DNA of 64,000 nucleotides from Dehalococcoidia bacterium (GCA_965238215.1 OZ250180.1:2052779-2116778); one strand, 5' to 3'; positions 37,393-47,812 are shown, counted from the stretch's first letter. Program-made: numbers and translations. The notes: a model not told the origin generated them from the sequence alone.

Positions 37393-37587
37393 ATGTGGGT
37401 GGACTTTATGAAGGCTCCAAATCTGACGGTGGCAGAGATGTGGAAAGAGGTGATCGAGGCGGAGGGGTTGCCGGTCAGACTGCTGCCCGAAGGGGACATT
37501 TTAGATTGGGCAGAAAGCGTCCCATTCCGGGTAATGGTGCCACGAGGGAGAGAGCACGTGGCCGAGGAGATTCTGAGGAAACTCTAG
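37393..37587 (+). CDS. Small soluble protein, DUF2007 (GlnB/PII-like) type
   Basis: AEMWKEVIEAEGLPV...RVMVP...AEEIL pattern; 6 nt after nuoK. Confidence 0.7.
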   Translation: MWVDFMKAPNLTVAEMWKEVIEAEGLPVRLLPEGDILDWAESVPFRVMVPRGREHVAEEILRKL

Positions 37588-37622
37588 TATGGAAGGGTCA
37601 TTTGAGAATGGCAATGGGCGGT

Positions 37623-37661
37623 TCACCCCCATCCTAACCTTCCCCCATGAAGGGGGAGGGG
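37623..37661. repeat. REP-like palindrome family D (uninterrupted form)
   Basis: TCACCCCCATCCTAACCTTCCCCCATGAAGGGGGAGGGG. Confidence 0.75.
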
Positions 37662-37680
37662 ACTTGGGGAGCGCGCTAAG

Positions 37681-39684
37681 TTGATCTCCGAAGCCGCCGT
37701 TTGGGCGATTTTCCTTCTGCCGGTGGGGGCGTTGGCGGTCAATGCCTTTGTCGTAAGACCCTTGTTCAACCACCGGCCCGGCATCTCCGCGGTGGTCATC
37801 GTAGTCGCCCTGGGCGCGGCGCTGGCGCTTTCCGTATGGACGCTCATTTCCGTGGTGGAGAATGGGACTCACGTCTTCGACGAATATACGTGGTTGGCCG
37901 TCGGAGGGATGGAGCTTCGCATCGGGTTGATGGTGGACTCTCTGACCGCCATCATGCTGGTGGTGGTGACGGGAGTGAGCCTGATGGTGCAGGTGTACTC
38001 CCACGGGTACATGAAGGGCGATCCCGGATATGTGCGTTACTTTGCCTTCATGGCGCTATTCTCCGCGGCAATGATTGGACTTGTCCTGGCGGGGAATATC
38101 ATCCAACTCTACGTCATGTGGGAGCTGGTGGGCCTGGGTTCGTACCTGCTCATCGGATTCTGGCACAACCGGCCGGCGGCAGCCGCGGCGGCAAAGAAGG
38201 CGTTCCTGGTTACTCGCATCGGCGATTTTGGCTTCCTGCTGGCCATTCTGTACCTGTTCTTCAACCGGGCGGCGTTCATGGAGCAGGGGCTGGACCCACT
38301 AAGCATCGCTGACATTCAGGCTGCCGTGCCGTTGATAAAGACGGGCGCGTTGGCAGCCCTCGGCGGACTGGGGCTAACGTGGGTTGCGCTGGGAATCTTT
38401 GCCGGCGCTGCAGGGAAGTCGGCCCAATTCCCGCTGCACGTTTGGCTTCCCGACGCCATGGAAGGCCCAACGCCGGTGAGTGCGCTAATTCACGCCGCAA
38501 CCATGGTGGCCGCCGGGGTGTTCCTGGTGGCCCGGTTCTTCCCCGTGTTTGAAGCGTCGAATGAGGCAATGGCGGTTGTTGCACTGGTGGGGGCGTTCAC
38601 GGCCCTCTTCGCCGCCAGCATGGGGCTGGTGATGAAGGACATCAAGCGGGTACTGGCCTATTCGACCATCAGCCAGCTGGGGTACATGATGGCAGCCCTG
38701 GGCATTGGCGCTTACGGGGCGGCGATATTTCATCTGTTCACCCACGCCTTCTTCAAGGCGCTGCTGTTCCTGGGCGCCGGCAGCGTCAACCACGCAACGG
38801 GCACTTTCGATATGCGATACATGGGCGGCTTGCGGAAGGTTATGCCGTGGACGTACGCGCTGATGATGATAGGCTCGTTAAGCCTGGTGGGAATCTTTCC
38901 GCTGGCGGGGTTCTGGAGCAAGGACGAGATTATCGGACACGCCTGGCACGGCGGCTCCGTCATAGACATGGCGGTATTCTGGATGCTGGCGGTCAGCGTT
39001 GCGGCGACGGCTTTTTATACGTTCCGCATGATGTACATGACCTTCCACGGCAAGTTCCGTGGCGGCATTGAGACGGAGGAGAAGGAGCAGCCGACCGTGG
39101 CGCAGGACTCCCACGGGGCGAAGGTGCATCTGGCGGAGTCGCCGCTGGTGATGGTTGTCCCCATGTTGATTCTGGGGGTCGGGGCCGTGGTTGGCGGCTA
39201 TCTGGTGAACCCTCAGGCCGGGCTGCTGGGCATACCGGTGCACTGGTTCAGCGAATTCGTCGTGCCGCCGGCGGTGGAACACGCCAAGGTGCTCCCGTTG
39301 AACAGCATGCTGGCCGCGGCCACTACCTTCGGGGCCCTTGTGTTCATAGGCCTGGCGACGGCGATATACGTGAAGGGCAAGAGGGCCGGCCCCGGAATGG
39401 AAAGGGCAATGAAGCCCGTCCATCGGATGGTGGAGGGCAAGTATTATTTCGACGAGCTATATGAGGACAAGCTGGTGGCAGAGGGGTTCTACGGCAAGCT
39501 GGGCGGGTTCCTGGAATGGTTCGACCAGCAGGTCGTGGACAGTGTCGTCGACGCGGCGGGCTGGTTCCCGCGGAATCTGGGCGAGGCCTTCAGGCGGATC
39601 CAGAGCGGGCAGGTCCAGTTCTACGGCGTGGGTATATTGACGGGAATTGTAGTAATTCTGGTAGCGTATCTTGTTTGGGGTTAG
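37681..39684 (+). CDS. nuoL: NADH-quinone oxidoreductase subunit L
   Basis: GKSAQFPLHVWLPDAMEGPTPVSALIHAATMV. Confidence 0.97.
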   Translation: MISEAAVWAIFLLPVGALAVNAFVVRPLFNHRPGISAVVIVVALGAALALSVWTLISVVENGTHVFDEYTWLAVGGMELRIGLMVDSLTAIMLVVVTGVSLMVQVYSHGYMKGDPGYVRYFAFMALFSAAMIGLVLAGNIIQLYVMWELVGLGSYLLIGFWHNRPAAAAAAKKAFLVTRIGDFGFLLAILYLFFNRAAFMEQGLDPLSIADIQAAVPLIKTGALAALGGLGLTWVALGIFAGAAGKSAQFPLHVWLPDAMEGPTPVSALIHAATMVAAGVFLVARFFPVFEASNEAMAVVALVGAFTALFAASMGLVMKDIKRVLAYSTISQLGYMMAALGIGAYGAAIFHLFTHAFFKALLFLGAGSVNHATGTFDMRYMGGLRKVMPWTYALMMIGSLSLVGIFPLAGFWSKDEIIGHAWHGGSVIDMAVFWMLAVSVAATAFYTFRMMYMTFHGKFRGGIETEEKEQPTVAQDSHGAKVHLAESPLVMVVPMLILGVGAVVGGYLVNPQAGLLGIPVHWFSEFVVPPAVEHAKVLPLNSMLAAATTFGALVFIGLATAIYVKGKRAGPGMERAMKPVHRMVEGKYYFDELYEDKLVAEGFYGKLGGFLEWFDQQVVDSVVDAAGWFPRNLGEAFRRIQSGQVQFYGVGILTGIVVILVAYLVWG

Positions 39685-39690
39685 GTTGAG

Positions 39691-41196
39691 TTGAGCACCT
39701 TCGACGGTATTTTGACGGCGGTGGTTTTTCTGCCCCTGGCGGGAGCTGTCGCGGTGCTTCTGGTCAGACAGGACCGGTTCGTGCGGCTGGCGGCCCTTGC
39801 CGTGGCGTTGGCGGACTTCGCGCTGGCCCTGTTGGTGTTCCTGCGCTTCGATGCCGACGGAGGCCAGAGGTTCCAGCTTCTCGACCGGTTCGAGTGGATA
39901 TCCACCGAGGTGTTTACGGCACAATACCAGTTGGGCGTCGACGGACTTAGCGCGCCGCTGGTCCTGCTTACCGGACTGCTGGGGCTGTGCGCCGTCCTGG
40001 CCTCCTGGAGCATCAAGACGAGGGTCAAGGAATACTTCTTCTGGCTTCTCATTCTGCAAACGGCCGTCATGGGCGTATTCGTGTCGCTGGACTTCCTCCT
40101 GTTCTTCCTCTTCTGGGAGTTGGAGCTGATTCCGATGTACTTCCTCATTTCGATATGGGGTTCGGGAAGGAAAGAATACTCGGCGATGAAATTCGTGATG
40201 TTCACCTTCCTGGGCAGCGCGTTCATGCTGGTGAGCATACTTGCCCTGTTCTTGGCCGACGGCGGCGCGCAGCTGGACATGATCCGGTGGGCGGAGAGCG
40301 GCGCGGACCTGGCGCTAACGGTAATGCCAATCTCGGTGGTGTTCTGGTTCTTCTTCGTAGCCTTCGCCGTTAAGCTGCCCCTGTTGCCCGTGCATACGTG
40401 GCTACCCGACGCGCACACGGACGCGCCGACGGCGGTCAGCATGATGCTGGCGGGGGTGCTGTTGAAGATGGGCGGCTACGGGCTGCTGAGGATAACCGTG
40501 GGGATGTTCCCTAACATAACGGTCGACCATGGGCTGATTCTGACCGTGCTGGCGGTGATAACTATACTGTACGCCGCCGTTGTCACCCTGCGGCAGACGG
40601 ACTTGAAGCGGCTCATCGCCTATAGCAGCGTGAGCCACATGGGGTTGGTGGTCTTGGGCATTGGAGCGGTAGGGGTGGCCGGCGGGACCTACGCCAACCT
40701 CGGACTCACCGGCGCCGCCATGCAGCTATTCACCCACGGGACCATCACGGGGCTTCTGTTCTTGTGCGTGGGCGTACTGTATGAACGGACGCATACCCGG
40801 TATATTCCAGACTTGGGCGGGCTGGCGCACCGGATGCCGATAGTGGCGGTGGCCTTCGTAATTGCCGGTCTGGCATCCCTGGGGCTGCCGGGGCTGAGCG
40901 GCTTCGTTTCGGAGATTTTGATATTCCTTGGGGCGTTCAAGGCCCACCCGTGGCTTACGGCTTTCGGGGCCTTCGGGATAGTCATCGCCGCCGGATATAT
41001 TCTTTGGATGATGGAGCGGGCGCTCTTCGGCCCGGCCAGGGACAGGTTTGCCCACGTGAGGCCGAGCACCCTCGTTGAGAGGATACCAATCGCTCTCCTG
41101 GTGGTGAGCATTGTGGTTGTGGGGATCTATCCGGCCTTTCTTACCGACATCTTCAGTGCGGGCTTGGAGCCTATCTCAGCCCTGATGGGCAGGTAG
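39691..41196 (+). CDS. nuoM: NADH-quinone oxidoreductase subunit M
   Basis: HTWLPDAH, LKMGGYG, AYSSVSHMG. Confidence 0.97.
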   Translation: MSTFDGILTAVVFLPLAGAVAVLLVRQDRFVRLAALAVALADFALALLVFLRFDADGGQRFQLLDRFEWISTEVFTAQYQLGVDGLSAPLVLLTGLLGLCAVLASWSIKTRVKEYFFWLLILQTAVMGVFVSLDFLLFFLFWELELIPMYFLISIWGSGRKEYSAMKFVMFTFLGSAFMLVSILALFLADGGAQLDMIRWAESGADLALTVMPISVVFWFFFVAFAVKLPLLPVHTWLPDAHTDAPTAVSMMLAGVLLKMGGYGLLRITVGMFPNITVDHGLILTVLAVITILYAAVVTLRQTDLKRLIAYSSVSHMGLVVLGIGAVGVAGGTYANLGLTGAAMQLFTHGTITGLLFLCVGVLYERTHTRYIPDLGGLAHRMPIVAVAFVIAGLASLGLPGLSGFVSEILIFLGAFKAHPWLTAFGAFGIVIAAGYILWMMERALFGPARDRFAHVRPSTLVERIPIALLVVSIVVVGIYPAFLTDIFSAGLEPISALMGR

Positions 41197-41202
41197 CGAA
41201 TA

Positions 41203-42687
41203 ATGACAGGCCACGACGTATATCTGCTTTCTCCCGAGATAAGCCTGGTGGGTCTGGCTCTGCTGGTCATGGGCCTGGACCTGGTTGTGCGACGCAAGGG
41301 GCTGCTGACCCTGGTTGCCGTAGCGGGTCTGGCGTTGCCACTGGCGTTGAGCATAGTGTTGTGGATGGATGTGTCGTCGGAGACGGACGGGAGGATGGTT
41401 GGGGTCCTGGGGGCGCTGACGGTTGACAAGTTCGCCCTCTTCTTCAAGTTCCTGATTGTGGGAGTAACAGGCCTGCTGCTGACCGCTTCGGTGGACTACG
41501 CGCGGCTGCCGGGACTGCGGGGGGAATTTATCGGCCTGATTCTGCTTTCGGCAACGGGGATGACGCTTCTGGCCTCGGCGACGGAGCTGATAACGATCTA
41601 CGTTTCATTGGAGCTGACGGCGCTTCCCCTGATAGCGCTGGCAACCTTCCGGATGACGCCGCGCTCGGGCGAGGCAGGCTTAAAGTTCCTGGTGTTAAGC
41701 GGCGTAAGTTCCGCCCTGCTGCTGTACGGCATGGTCTTGGTTTACGGGCTGACGGGAAGCACTTATTTGGAGGAGATCGGCCGGGCGGTGGCAACGCCGC
41801 TGGACGCGTCACTACCCTTTGGCAGCATGGCCCTTCTTATGGGGGTCATCCTGATAGTGGCGGGGTTCGGGTTCAAGATTGCAGCGGCGCCCTTCCACAT
41901 GTGGGCCCCGGACGTGTACCAGGGCGCGCCGACGCCGGTGGTCGCTTTTCTCTCTGTGGCCAGCAAGGCGGCGGGGTTCGCCATTCTGATGCGGGTATTT
42001 TATACGGCATTTCCGGCGCTGGACCTCGACTGGTCGATGCTGTTCGCCGTCCTTGCCGTCATCTCCATGACTTTGGGCAACCTGATGGCAATGGTGCAGA
42101 GCAACATCAAGCGGCTGCTGGCATACAGCACCGTGGCCCATGCGGGGTATATGCTAGTGGGCCTGGCGGCGGTGGCGTCGAGGATTCAGGGGGATGGCAT
42201 CCCAGTTGGGCCGGGAAGTCTGCTTTTCTATCTAGCCGCGTACGCCGTAACGAACCTCGCCGCGTTCTTCGTGGTAATGGTCGTCGCGAACAAGCTGGAC
42301 AGTCGCGAGATAGACGACTACTCTGGTCTGTCGCGACGGACGCCGTTCCTGGCGGGAGCGTTGGCCTTTTCCCTGATATCCCTGATTGGCATTCCCCCCA
42401 CGGGGTTGTTCATCGGCAAGATATTCCTGTTTACGTCGGCGGTGCAGAGCGGGTTGGCGTGGCTGGCCGTAGCGGGCGTTATCAACAGCGTGCTTTCCGC
42501 CTACTACTACTTGCGGGTGGTGCGGCTGATGTACACGGGCGAGCCCAGCGACGAGAAGAAGATCAGCGTTTCGGTGTCCTTTGGGTTGGCGCTGGCGATC
42601 AGCGCGGCAGCGGTGTTGGCGTTGGGGGTTGCGCCGAGGCTGATAACGTGGCTCACGGACGGGGCAGTGCGGCCGCTCATCGGGTGA
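41203..42687 (+). CDS. nuoN: NADH-quinone oxidoreductase subunit N
   Basis: FKIAAAPFHMWAPDVYQGAP. Confidence 0.97.
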   Translation: MTGHDVYLLSPEISLVGLALLVMGLDLVVRRKGLLTLVAVAGLALPLALSIVLWMDVSSETDGRMVGVLGALTVDKFALFFKFLIVGVTGLLLTASVDYARLPGLRGEFIGLILLSATGMTLLASATELITIYVSLELTALPLIALATFRMTPRSGEAGLKFLVLSGVSSALLLYGMVLVYGLTGSTYLEEIGRAVATPLDASLPFGSMALLMGVILIVAGFGFKIAAAPFHMWAPDVYQGAPTPVVAFLSVASKAAGFAILMRVFYTAFPALDLDWSMLFAVLAVISMTLGNLMAMVQSNIKRLLAYSTVAHAGYMLVGLAAVASRIQGDGIPVGPGSLLFYLAAYAVTNLAAFFVVMVVANKLDSREIDDYSGLSRRTPFLAGALAFSLISLIGIPPTGLFIGKIFLFTSAVQSGLAWLAVAGVINSVLSAYYYLRVVRLMYTGEPSDEKKISVSVSFGLALAISAAAVLALGVAPRLITWLTDGAVRPLIG

Positions 42688-42707
42688 CGGGAGTTGGCGT
42701 CCCGTTA

Positions 42708-43313
42708 CTACGGGCTGCCGAATTTTTGGAATGCTGCCTTGTAATCCTCCGGCGTATTCAGGTCTAGAAGGACCTCGTCGCTGTCCACCTCCACGAGACT
42801 AATATCGTCGGCGTAGGTTCGCATGACGGCCTTCAGGCCCTGCTGCGCCTCGGAGACGGCCATCAGGTCGTCCATGAGCTTGAGGGAGACGACGATGGGG
42901 TGGCCCCGTTTGCCCTTATGAGTGGGAATGGTGATGAGGGCTGAATCTCGGTTGTGGTGCTCTATGATTGTCGACAGGGTTTGAAGGGTGCGGGGCTGGT
43001 CCACGTTGAGAATGACTACCGAGTCGGTAGTGTTGGGGTCCAACGCCCTAAGGCCGGTCTTGAGGGAGGTGGTCTTGCCCTTGCGGTAGAAGGGGTTGAG
43101 GAGCGCAGTTGCGCCAAGCTCGTAATCTACGCGGGATCCAAGCTCGTCGGCGCGGTGGCCCAGAACTACTAATACAGGTTTGAGGCCGGCGCGGCGGAGG
43201 GTCCTAATCTGGTAGTAAATTAGAGGTATGCCCCGCCACGGCAGGAGGGTTTTGGGTCTTCCCATGCGTTGGGATAGGCCGGCGGCTAGGAGGATGGCGC
43301 CGACGTTGGCCAA
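42708..43313 (-). CDS. Molybdenum cofactor cytidylyltransferase-like nucleotidyltransferase (MocA)
   Basis: LLAAGLSQRMGRPK, DQP, GHP, DLNTPEDY; next to xdhC. Confidence 0.88.
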   Translation of the reverse strand: MANVGAILLAAGLSQRMGRPKTLLPWRGIPLIYYQIRTLRRAGLKPVLVVLGHRADELGSRVDYELGATALLNPFYRKGKTTSLKTGLRALDPNTTDSVVILNVDQPRTLQTLSTIIEHHNRDSALITIPTHKGKRGHPIVVSLKLMDDLMAVSEAQQGLKAVMRTYADDISLVEVDSDEVLLDLNTPEDYKAAFQKFGSP

Positions 43314-44428
43314 GGGGACGCCTTTGCTTGCTCCAATGCGCGGTTGAAGTACCGGTCTTCCATCTGCATTGCGCCGCCGTGACCGCCTCGACGCACCATG
43401 ATTATCTCCGACATGATACTGACGGCTATCTCCTCAGGCGTCAGGGCGCCGATGTCGAGCCCCATGGGAGAGCGGACCCTTCGCAGCACTTCGGGCGAGT
43501 GGCCCTTTTCCAGCAAGTCCCTGTAGATAAGAAGGGTTTTTCGCTTTGAGCCCAGCAGGCCGACGTAGGTTGCTGGAGTGCCTATAGCCGCTTCCAGGGC
43601 GTAGTCGTCCTGGCGATGTCCACGAGTGGCAACCACAATGTAGGTGTTGGCGTTGATGGGCACTTGGGCCAGCCCTTCCGAGTAGGGGGCTATGATGGTG
43701 CCGGCAGCCTCCGGAAAGCGGTCGGGGTTGGCGAACTCCGGCCGGTCGTCCACGACGTAGGTGCGAAAGCCGAGGGTGGCGGCCAGGGTGGAGGTGGCCT
43801 TGCCAATATGTCCGCCGCCCATGAGCACGAGGGTCGGCGGCGTGGTGAAGCCTTCGACGAATAGCTCCGTGCCGTCGGACGTGAGGACGGTATCGTTTTT
43901 GCCGAGGTTGGACACTTGCCGGATGGCGTCCAGGGCCAGCCCTTCGACTTTAGGGTCGCCCAGGCTGCCCTGGGTGGAGCCGTCCTCCCGCAGCATGAAG
44001 CGGGCGCCCAGAAGATTGGCGTTCGGGGAGCGCACGACGGTGGCGATTCCGACGATGGGACCACCGTCGTAGGCCTGTAGGGCCTCCTTGGCGAAGGGGA
44101 GGAAGTCGGTATTCTCCCAGAGGGGGTCAAGGAAGAAGTACATAGAGCCGCCGCAGACTAGACCGTCGCGGGCGGCAATCTCTTCGTTAAGGAAATAGTC
44201 CTTGAACTCCGGGCCGCCCCGGAACCGCATAATTTCTTTGGCGGCGAACCAGATGTCTCCCTCAACGCAGCCGCCGCCGAGGGTGCCGACGCCGGTGCCG
44301 TCTTTCCTGACAAGTAATTTTGCGCCGGCTTTCTGGGGAGTGGATCCGCGGGTCCTGACCACCGTGGCCAAGACGCAGGACTCTCCCTTCTCCAGCAGGT
44401 TGACGGCTTCTTGGATGACTTCTTTCAC
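43286..44428 (-). CDS. xdhC: XdhC/CoxI family Moco chaperone
   Basis: GSTPQKAGA, GGGCVE, GLVCGG, GGGHI, YVGLLGS, TPEEIAVSI. Confidence 0.92.
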   Translation of the reverse strand: MKEVIQEAVNLLEKGESCVLATVVRTRGSTPQKAGAKLLVRKDGTGVGTLGGGCVEGDIWFAAKEIMRFRGGPEFKDYFLNEEIAARDGLVCGGSMYFFLDPLWENTDFLPFAKEALQAYDGGPIVGIATVVRSPNANLLGARFMLREDGSTQGSLGDPKVEGLALDAIRQVSNLGKNDTVLTSDGTELFVEGFTTPPTLVLMGGGHIGKATSTLAATLGFRTYVVDDRPEFANPDRFPEAAGTIIAPYSEGLAQVPINANTYIVVATRGHRQDDYALEAAIGTPATYVGLLGSKRKTLLIYRDLLEKGHSPEVLRRVRSPMGLDIGALTPEEIAVSIMSEIIMVRRGGHGGAMQMEDRYFNRALEQAKASPWPTSAPSS

Positions 44429-44514
44429 GGCTATTCCTGAACGGGAGGGGTTATCTCTAGACTAGCACGGCGGGCGGGTTTGCACAATTGAGGGTTTGGG
44501 GCAGATTGGCGGGG

Positions 44515-44913
44515 TTAGCTTCGGACCAGGTCTTCTTCCGAGACCTGGTCGTCCAGGATGCGAAAGGCTCGGACGACGGGGTTTTGCTTGTCCTGGAGGG
44601 AAACGATTACGTAGAAGGCCTCGGGCCAGCCGGCCAGCCGGACGTCGGTGTCGGAGGGGTATGCGGGGCTGTGGGTGTGGGAGTGGTAGACGGCCCGGTG
44701 CTCCCAGTCGTTATCCTCCATCTCACGCCAGACTTGGAAGAGTTCCTTGTGGTCCCAGCTGAACCGGTAGGGACTGGCGTCCACGTTGGTCATGGGGAAA
44801 CGCTTGAGGAACGAGCCTTTGGAGCCGGCAAGGACGCCGCAGCATTCCTTAGGGAACTCCTCGTGGGCGTGGGCTATCATCTCCTGGACGAAGGATTCCG
44901 GTATGCTGACCAC
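44515..44913 (-). CDS. JAMM/MPN+ (Mov34, M67; Mec-like) metallopeptidase
   Basis: E-CCG; YHSHTHSPAYPSDTD (HxH-x7-S-x2-D); GTG 44913 after GAGGAG. Confidence 0.9.
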   Translation of the reverse strand: MVSIPESFVQEMIAHAHEEFPKECCGVLAGSKGSFLKRFPMTNVDASPYRFSWDHKELFQVWREMEDNDWEHRAVYHSHTHSPAYPSDTDVRLAGWPEAFYVIVSLQDKQNPVVRAFRILDDQVSEEDLVRS

Positions 44914-44993
44914 GGGCAACGCTCCTCGGCAGGTTTGGCGACTTGTTGTTATCAAGGCTAAGGGTTGGACGGGGTGTTTGGCAACGGGGCGGG

Positions 44994-45505
44994 GGGACGC
45001 CCGCTAGTGACGCTCCTACGGGGGTTGGGGGAGGGGAATGGGTCCCCGCATTCGCGAGGACAAGAGGGGCAAGCACGCCCGATCCAAGCCTTCCCCCATC
45101 ATCTGTACACGCGTCGAGGGGAAAGGGGATTCGTTAAGGAAATCGAATAGGAGGATTTTGGGGTGATTTTGTGCCTGTAAGGGGGGGAATCTGGAGGTAT
45201 TCGTTTCAAAAAATGGGGAAATGAATGGTAAATTTTGGTGGTTGGGGATACGAGAAGTGCGGTGGTGGAGGGTCGGGGGTGTGGTTTTCATGGGGGGAAT
45301 GGTAGCAGGGGTGGAGGATTTGTGGCAAGGGAATGATGTCAATTGTGTTGGGGGGCGGGCGGTTCGCGAACCGCTCCTACGGGGGGTTGGACTAAGGGGA
45401 GGGGGATGGGTCCCCGCCCCCCGTCTTCACGGGGGCAGGATCTCGACGCGAGGACAGGAGGGGGGGCAGCCCCATCCAAACCCTTCCCCATCAAGTGGGA
45501 AGGGA
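44994..45505. repeat. REP-rich intergenic region containing dispersed composite element copy 2 (45128-45328)
   Basis: Families A, B, C-in-B and D; minus strand TTGCCA-18-TACCAT-7-ATG (45291); ATTCGTT at 45129 and 45199. Confidence 0.8.
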
Positions 45506-45635
45506 ATTGAGGGCGCTTATTGTTTTCATTGGGATGGGATGTGGGGGAATGAGGTAAAGCCTTTGACGCCATTGTTTCGTATACTAGAATGGAACAGGGA
45601 GGATTGATGGAAATGAAGACGGAAGGGCCGAACCG

Positions 45636-46910
45636 TTGAAGACCCCGCGTCGATTGTGGGTCGTGGGGCTTGTGTTGGCGCTGCTAATGGGGAGCGCCGT
45701 TTTCGCCGTGGAGGGTTCCGGGGGCGGGCCTGAGGTGCTGTCCCAGAATGCCCGGGTACGCTTCGCCGAAGGGGTGACTTTCAACGTTGAGGTGGAGGGG
45801 GAAGCGCCGGTGGTGGAGGTGAAGCTGAGCTTTCGCAACGCCAACGACGGGCCGTGGAACTACGTTTATCTCGACCTGGAGCCGGACACGAGGATACAGG
45901 CAACGCACCTGCTGGACACCGACGGGCCGATATACATTCCTCCCCAAGGCGCACTGGAGTATTTCTACACAGTGCGGGACGCGGCGGGCAACGTGTCCGA
46001 GACCCCGCTCCAGAGCCTGCTCTACACGGACACCCGATTTCGCTGGGAGTCCGTCACTGCCGGCCCTCTGACGCTGCTATACCATGATCTGCCCGCCGAC
46101 CGCGTAGAGAAGCTGAAGGGGTCGCTTGAGGAATGGTTGGTGTGGTTGGAGGATGTGCTGGGGGGCCGTCCGGAAAAACCAATGCTGGGCGTGATATATA
46201 ACGACGATGGGGAGGTGCAGGACGCCTTTCCCCGGTTGAGCAGGACCATCGAGCCGGGGCAGATCTTTCATGGCTTTGCGTTCGCGGATTGGAACCTGTT
46301 TGCGGGCATTGGGCTGCGGGAATCGCTGATTGTCCACGAGGCGGCCCATCTGATGCTTCACGCAGTGTTGCACGAGCCCGCGCCCCCGATTCCGGCATGG
46401 CTGAACGAAGGATTTGCCAGCTACGCCGAGCCGAGGTCGAATCCGCATCCTGCTGCGGACTTGGAGACCCGCAGCGAGGGATCGATTTCCTTGAAGGGAA
46501 TGCATGCGGTGCCGGGGAGGGTGTCGGACATCCGATACTTCTATCGGAAGGCGGAGAGTGTGGTGACTCACCTGCTGGAGCGGTACGGGGCGGAGAAGTT
46601 CAGGGACCTGCTGTATAACTTCGGCCACGGCTCTTCCATTGATGATGCTCTGATGGAGACCTACGGGTTTGACCAGAACGGCTTGGAGAGGGAGTGGAGG
46701 GAGTCATCCGGCGACGCAACGACTGAAGGGAGTCGTGAGAGTGGGGGTGACCTGCTATTTTTGCAGATGGAGAGTGTGCTTATAGCGTCGGTGGCGCTGC
46801 TGGCGGCGGCGGTGTTGGGCGCGCGGTTCCTGTATAGACGGCTTTCGCCTCGCCGCTCCGGTCGCGGGGATGCGGATGACTGGCGGGACGGCGGACCCTG
46901 GGAAGGTTAG
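45636..46910 (+). CDS. Secreted/membrane-anchored Peptidase MA-like metallopeptidase
   Basis: Signal peptide, HEAAH...WLNEGFA, C-terminal TM. Confidence 0.85.
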   Translation: MKTPRRLWVVGLVLALLMGSAVFAVEGSGGGPEVLSQNARVRFAEGVTFNVEVEGEAPVVEVKLSFRNANDGPWNYVYLDLEPDTRIQATHLLDTDGPIYIPPQGALEYFYTVRDAAGNVSETPLQSLLYTDTRFRWESVTAGPLTLLYHDLPADRVEKLKGSLEEWLVWLEDVLGGRPEKPMLGVIYNDDGEVQDAFPRLSRTIEPGQIFHGFAFADWNLFAGIGLRESLIVHEAAHLMLHAVLHEPAPPIPAWLNEGFASYAEPRSNPHPAADLETRSEGSISLKGMHAVPGRVSDIRYFYRKAESVVTHLLERYGAEKFRDLLYNFGHGSSIDDALMETYGFDQNGLEREWRESSGDATTEGSRESGGDLLFLQMESVLIASVALLAAAVLGARFLYRRLSPRRSGRGDADDWRDGGPWEG

Positions 46911-47707
46911 GCGGTGTCCTCCGGCTCCAGAGCGTCGGCCTCCAGGCCAAGGAGGGCCAGAAGGTTGTCGGTGGTGGTCTGCACCACCTCGTCGACGGGA
47001 AGCCCCTTGAGGTCAGCCAGCTTCTGGGCGATCTCCGTGAGATGGTGGGGCTCCGTCCAGTTGCGCCGGTACTTCTTGAAGGGCTGGGGTGCGGAGTCCG
47101 TCTCCAACACAATGGACTCAAGGGGCAGCGCCTTGGCGACTTCCTGCAGTTCCGGGAGACGGAGCAGCGGCTTTGCCAAAGAGATGCGGAACCCGAGTTC
47201 GATGGCCGCGCGCGCCGTGGACTCATCTCCTTGAAAGTAATGCATCACGCCGCCGACGGCGTCTGCGCCCTCCTCCCGGAGGGTTGTCAGAACTTCCGGG
47301 TGAGACTCACGGGAGTGAAAGACGATGGGTTTGCCGAGTTCGAGAGCCAAGCGAATCTGGGCGCGGAAGGCCTGGAACTGAATCTCCTTGCTGGGGGAGG
47401 TGGGGAGGAAGTCCAAGCCGATTTCGCTGATGCAGACCACCTTGGAGTTCTGCAGGGCCAGCGTCTTCAACTCCTCGTAGACTTCGTCGTCCAAGGGGCC
47501 CTGGAGGTCGGAGGGATGAAGTCCTACGCCGGCGTAGAGGGGGTGGTGTTCGTTGGCGAGGGCTACGCAGCGGCGGGAGGAAGCGAGGGTGGTGCCGGCG
47601 CAGACCATGAGGCGCACGTTGGCGGCTGCGGCCCGTTCCAGAACGTCGGGAATTTCCGAGGGTGGAAAATGGTCCAGGTGGGTGTGAGTGTCTACTAGTG
47701 GCGGCAT
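46907..47707 (-). CDS. tatD: TatD family DNase
   Basis: DTHTHLD, GLHP, EIGLD, HSRE, LETDSA. Confidence 0.92.
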   Translation of the reverse strand: MPPLVDTHTHLDHFPPSEIPDVLERAAAANVRLMVCAGTTLASSRRCVALANEHHPLYAGVGLHPSDLQGPLDDEVYEELKTLALQNSKVVCISEIGLDFLPTSPSKEIQFQAFRAQIRLALELGKPIVFHSRESHPEVLTTLREEGADAVGGVMHYFQGDESTARAAIELGFRISLAKPLLRLPELQEVAKALPLESIVLETDSAPQPFKKYRRNWTEPHHLTEIAQKLADLKGLPVDEVVQTTTDNLLALLGLEADALEPEDTA

Positions 47708-47812
47708 TTGGCCTTCCTGCGATGTGTTGAGTGTTCTCAATTATAGTATCTTTGGATTTACTGCGGGAGGGCGATTTGGAATCTATGACGTGTTCGATGG
47801 CTATAACAGAAG

